DNA of 64,000 nt. Origin: Eledone cirrhosa. Its lineage: Eukaryota. Shown here in pieces: positions 61,341 to 64,000 of this stretch; the first letter of the stretch is position 1, and the number at the start of each line of letters is the position of its first letter. Below the pieces are notes generated by a model. It saw only the letters and a list, made by a program, of their open reading frames with translations, was not told the origin of the DNA and did no database searches. Location of the stretch: assembly GCA_964016885.1 (NCBI GenBank), contig OZ024742.1, positions 310,434,001-310,498,000 on the forward strand, in the 5' to 3' direction. Both the position numbers and the translations under genes were made by a program.

Positions 61341-62788
61341 TAAGCACTCGACAATGAGGGAAAGGATAAGGAAGGAATGTTACCGCAGAGTCAGAGCAAT
61401 CTTAAGAACGGAATTGAATGCGAGGAATAGGATCGATGCCATAAACACGCTTGCCATACCAGTAGTAACCTACAGTTGCAATGTCATCAACTGGTCAAGC
61501 ACAGAGATCCGTAGGCTCGATACAAAAATCCGAAAATTCTTAACCATGCACAGAATGCATCACCCTAAGGCAGACATAGATAGAATATATCTCCCTAGGA
61601 AAGAAGGAGGACGTGGGTTAATCCAGTTAGACATTGCGTTGAAAACTGCAACAATTGGATTATCCACATATCTAAGGGAATCACATGATTGGATGATCAA
61701 ACTCGTTTTGAAACACGAAAGCACCAAAAGATCATATTCCATTACAAAAGATGCACAAAGATACAGTAATGGACTACAAATTTCAGAAGTCCCATTTACT
61801 GCTGAAATGGAAAACACAGAAAAAGCAAAGCAGGTAAAAGTAACTGCAAAGAAAGAACTGCTACAGAAACTGGCTAAGAAATGGCAAGAAAAGCCTCTGT
61901 ATGGAAAATACCCAGAGCGAGCTAACAATCCTGATGTTGACAAAACTTTAACCCATCAGTGGTTGGCATCCTCTGGACTGAAATCGGAGACTGAAGGACT
62001 GATTATATCCGCACAAGATCAGTGTCTGCCAACAAAAAATTACCAAGCCAACATAATAAAAAATGGGTGCAGCCCATTATGCCGTGTATGCAAAAAACAA
62101 CCAGAGACCATTGACCATATAATTTCAGTGTGCAGTCCTATAGCTCCAACCGAATACCTAAACAGGCATGACAGAGCTGCACAATACATACATTGGATAA
62201 TGTGTAAGCATTTTGACCTGCCCCATCAAAAGAATTGGTGGGAGCATCAACCACCTCCCATACTTGAAAAAGATCACATCTCAATCTTGTGGAACTTTAG
62301 CATCCAAACAGACCGAAAAATAGATGCAAATAGACCTGATATAATATTGAAGGACTTTCAAAGGAGGGTATGCCTGCTAATTGATATGTCTGTTCCAATA
62401 GACAAGAATGTATCTATAAAAACATTTGAAAAATTGAGCAAGTATAAGGACCTGGAGATAGAAATTGGAAAAATGTGGAAATTGAGAACTAAAACAATAC
62501 CAGTGGTTGTAGGCGCTCTGGGAATGATACCTAAGGGGTCTAACGACTACTTATCGCAAATCCCAGGAAACCCGCGTATAGGATAAATACAAAAGATAGT
62601 ACTAATGGGAACTGCCCATATACTAAGGAAGATCCTGTCAATATAAGTACATCACAAGTCTAAACACTAAGGATGCATGTGTGAATATGTGTGTTCTTTC
62701 TTGAACATGGCGGACCTTGTTGTCTCTTGAGGTCACTGGTTGTGACTTGGTGATAACTCGTATAAACATAAAGCAAGATAAATGCAAA
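61341..62788 (+). mobile_element. R4/Dong-clade non-LTR retrotransposon, 5'-truncated, in (TAA)n
   Basis: (TAA)n at both ends; EGGRGL, CRVC..ETIDHIISVC knuckle, RHD, RPDII..LIDMSVP, KLSKY. Confidence 0.92.
61354..62646 (+). pseudogene. C-terminal part of R4/Dong ORF (thumb, CCHC, restriction-like endonuclease)
   Basis: 410 aa open; in-frame TAA at 62584-62586, then IQKIVLMGTAHILRKILSI* to 62646. Confidence 0.88.
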
Positions 62789-62807
62789 TAATAATAATAA
62801 TAATAAT

Positions 62808-62913
62808 AATTGTTTCTACTTTTGGCACAAGGCCAGCAATTATCCAGTGCATTACTGGTACTTTATTTTATCGACCCCGTAAGGATGAAAGGCAAAGTTA
62901 ACCTCGGCGGGAT
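62808..62913 (-). mobile_element. Meta-type SINE 3' part between (TAA)n tracts
   Basis: Reverse complement of the shared SINE core. Confidence 0.85.
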
Positions 62914-62925
62914 TAATAATAATAA

Positions 62926-64000
62926 TACATTCGGAGAGTAAGGAGCGTATTGAAGTCACATCTGAACAGCAGAAATGCCATAAGCGCAGTAAATTCCCGA
63001 GCTGTGTCTATTATTAGGTACAGTGCGGGAATTCTGAGATGGAATGTTGCTGAACAAAAAGAAATGGATAGGAAGACTAGGAAGCTATTGACTATCTGCA
63101 ACATGTTCCACAAGAGGAGTGATGTCGATAGACTCTACCTAAGGAGATCTGAGGGTGGAAGAGGTCTTATCAGCATAGAGGACTGTGTTCAGATGGAGAA
63201 AAACAACCTATACAAATACGTGACCTATAGTAAGGAGCCAATGCTCAGAACTGTACTGAAGGAGGGGACAGTAGGCCAGGGGATGTCCAAGGAGGAAATA
63301 ACATCAAGGAGGAAGAGCAGCTTTAAGGGAAAATCCCTTCATAGTACCTTCTTTGAGAAAACTGAATTTAGAGATCCACAGACATGGAACTGGTTGAGAA
63401 GAGGAGACCTCAAAAAGGCTACAGAAGGAATGATAATGGCTGCGCAGGAGCAGGCCCTCAAAACGAAGTGGTTGAAGCACCATATTTATAAGGAGGAGGC
63501 TAGCCCACTGTGCAGGATCTGTGGAGAGAGAGAGGAGACTGTGGCTCACATTGTGTCCGAGTGTAAACACCTAGCCCAGACCCACTATAAGGGCTGTAGA
63601 CATGATGTGAAGGGTAGGGTGATCCACTGGCACCTATGCAAAGTAAACAATTTACCACATTCTGAGAAGTGGTATGAGCATAAGCCAGAGTCGGTGATAG
63701 AAAACGATCAGGTGAAGGTGCTGTGGGATTTTAGGATACAGACGGACAAAAAACTGGAACACAATAGACCTGACCTGGTGGTTGTGGACAAAGAAAAAAG
63801 ATCGTGTCTGATTGTGGATGTGGCCTGCCCTTTCGACACGAGAGTGCAAGAGAAGGAGAGGGAGAAAATTAACCGATACCAGGACCTAAAGTGGGAGGTG
63901 AAAAGGATTTGGAACTGCCATGAAGTCAAAGTGATCCCGATTGTCATAGGCGCACTGGGGACTATCTCCAAAAGTTTCCAGGGATGGTTAAAGAAAATCG
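62926..64000 (+). mobile_element. Second R4/Dong-clade element; frame open to the window end
   Basis: YIRRVRSVL..EGGRGL..CRICGEREETVAHIVSEC..RHD..NRPDLV..DVACPFD..IPIVIGALG; no stop seen; absent from the ORF track because it runs off the end. Confidence 0.92.

Overview
AT-rich eukaryotic non-genic DNA with no recognisable host exon. It is probably cephalopod (octopus-like), an inference from the SINE types and the extreme microsatellite load. The window is a scaffold of (TA)n, (CA)n, (CT)n and (TAG)n microsatellites packed with mobile DNA. Coding remnants: three Naiad-type Penelope-like element (PLE) remnants (two with RT+GIY-YIG, one GIY-YIG only), one further GIY-YIG PLE, two R4/Dong-type RLE retrotransposons in (TAA)n, and RTE, CR1 and CRE fragments. 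Non-coding elements: tRNA-derived CORE- and Meta-type SINEs and hAT and Tc1/mariner MITEs. The main signal is about 20 families of short, mostly non-coding elements sitting in (TA)n, built as foldbacks or partial tandems. At least 16 of them carry a type I hammerhead ribozyme fold that I could pair by eye, including recurrent non-canonical cores (U3-A8, U4C, U4A). One element has two hammerheads 592 nt apart, a retrozyme-like layout. All folds and alignments are manual, so coordinates may be off by a few bases and ribozyme activity is untested.
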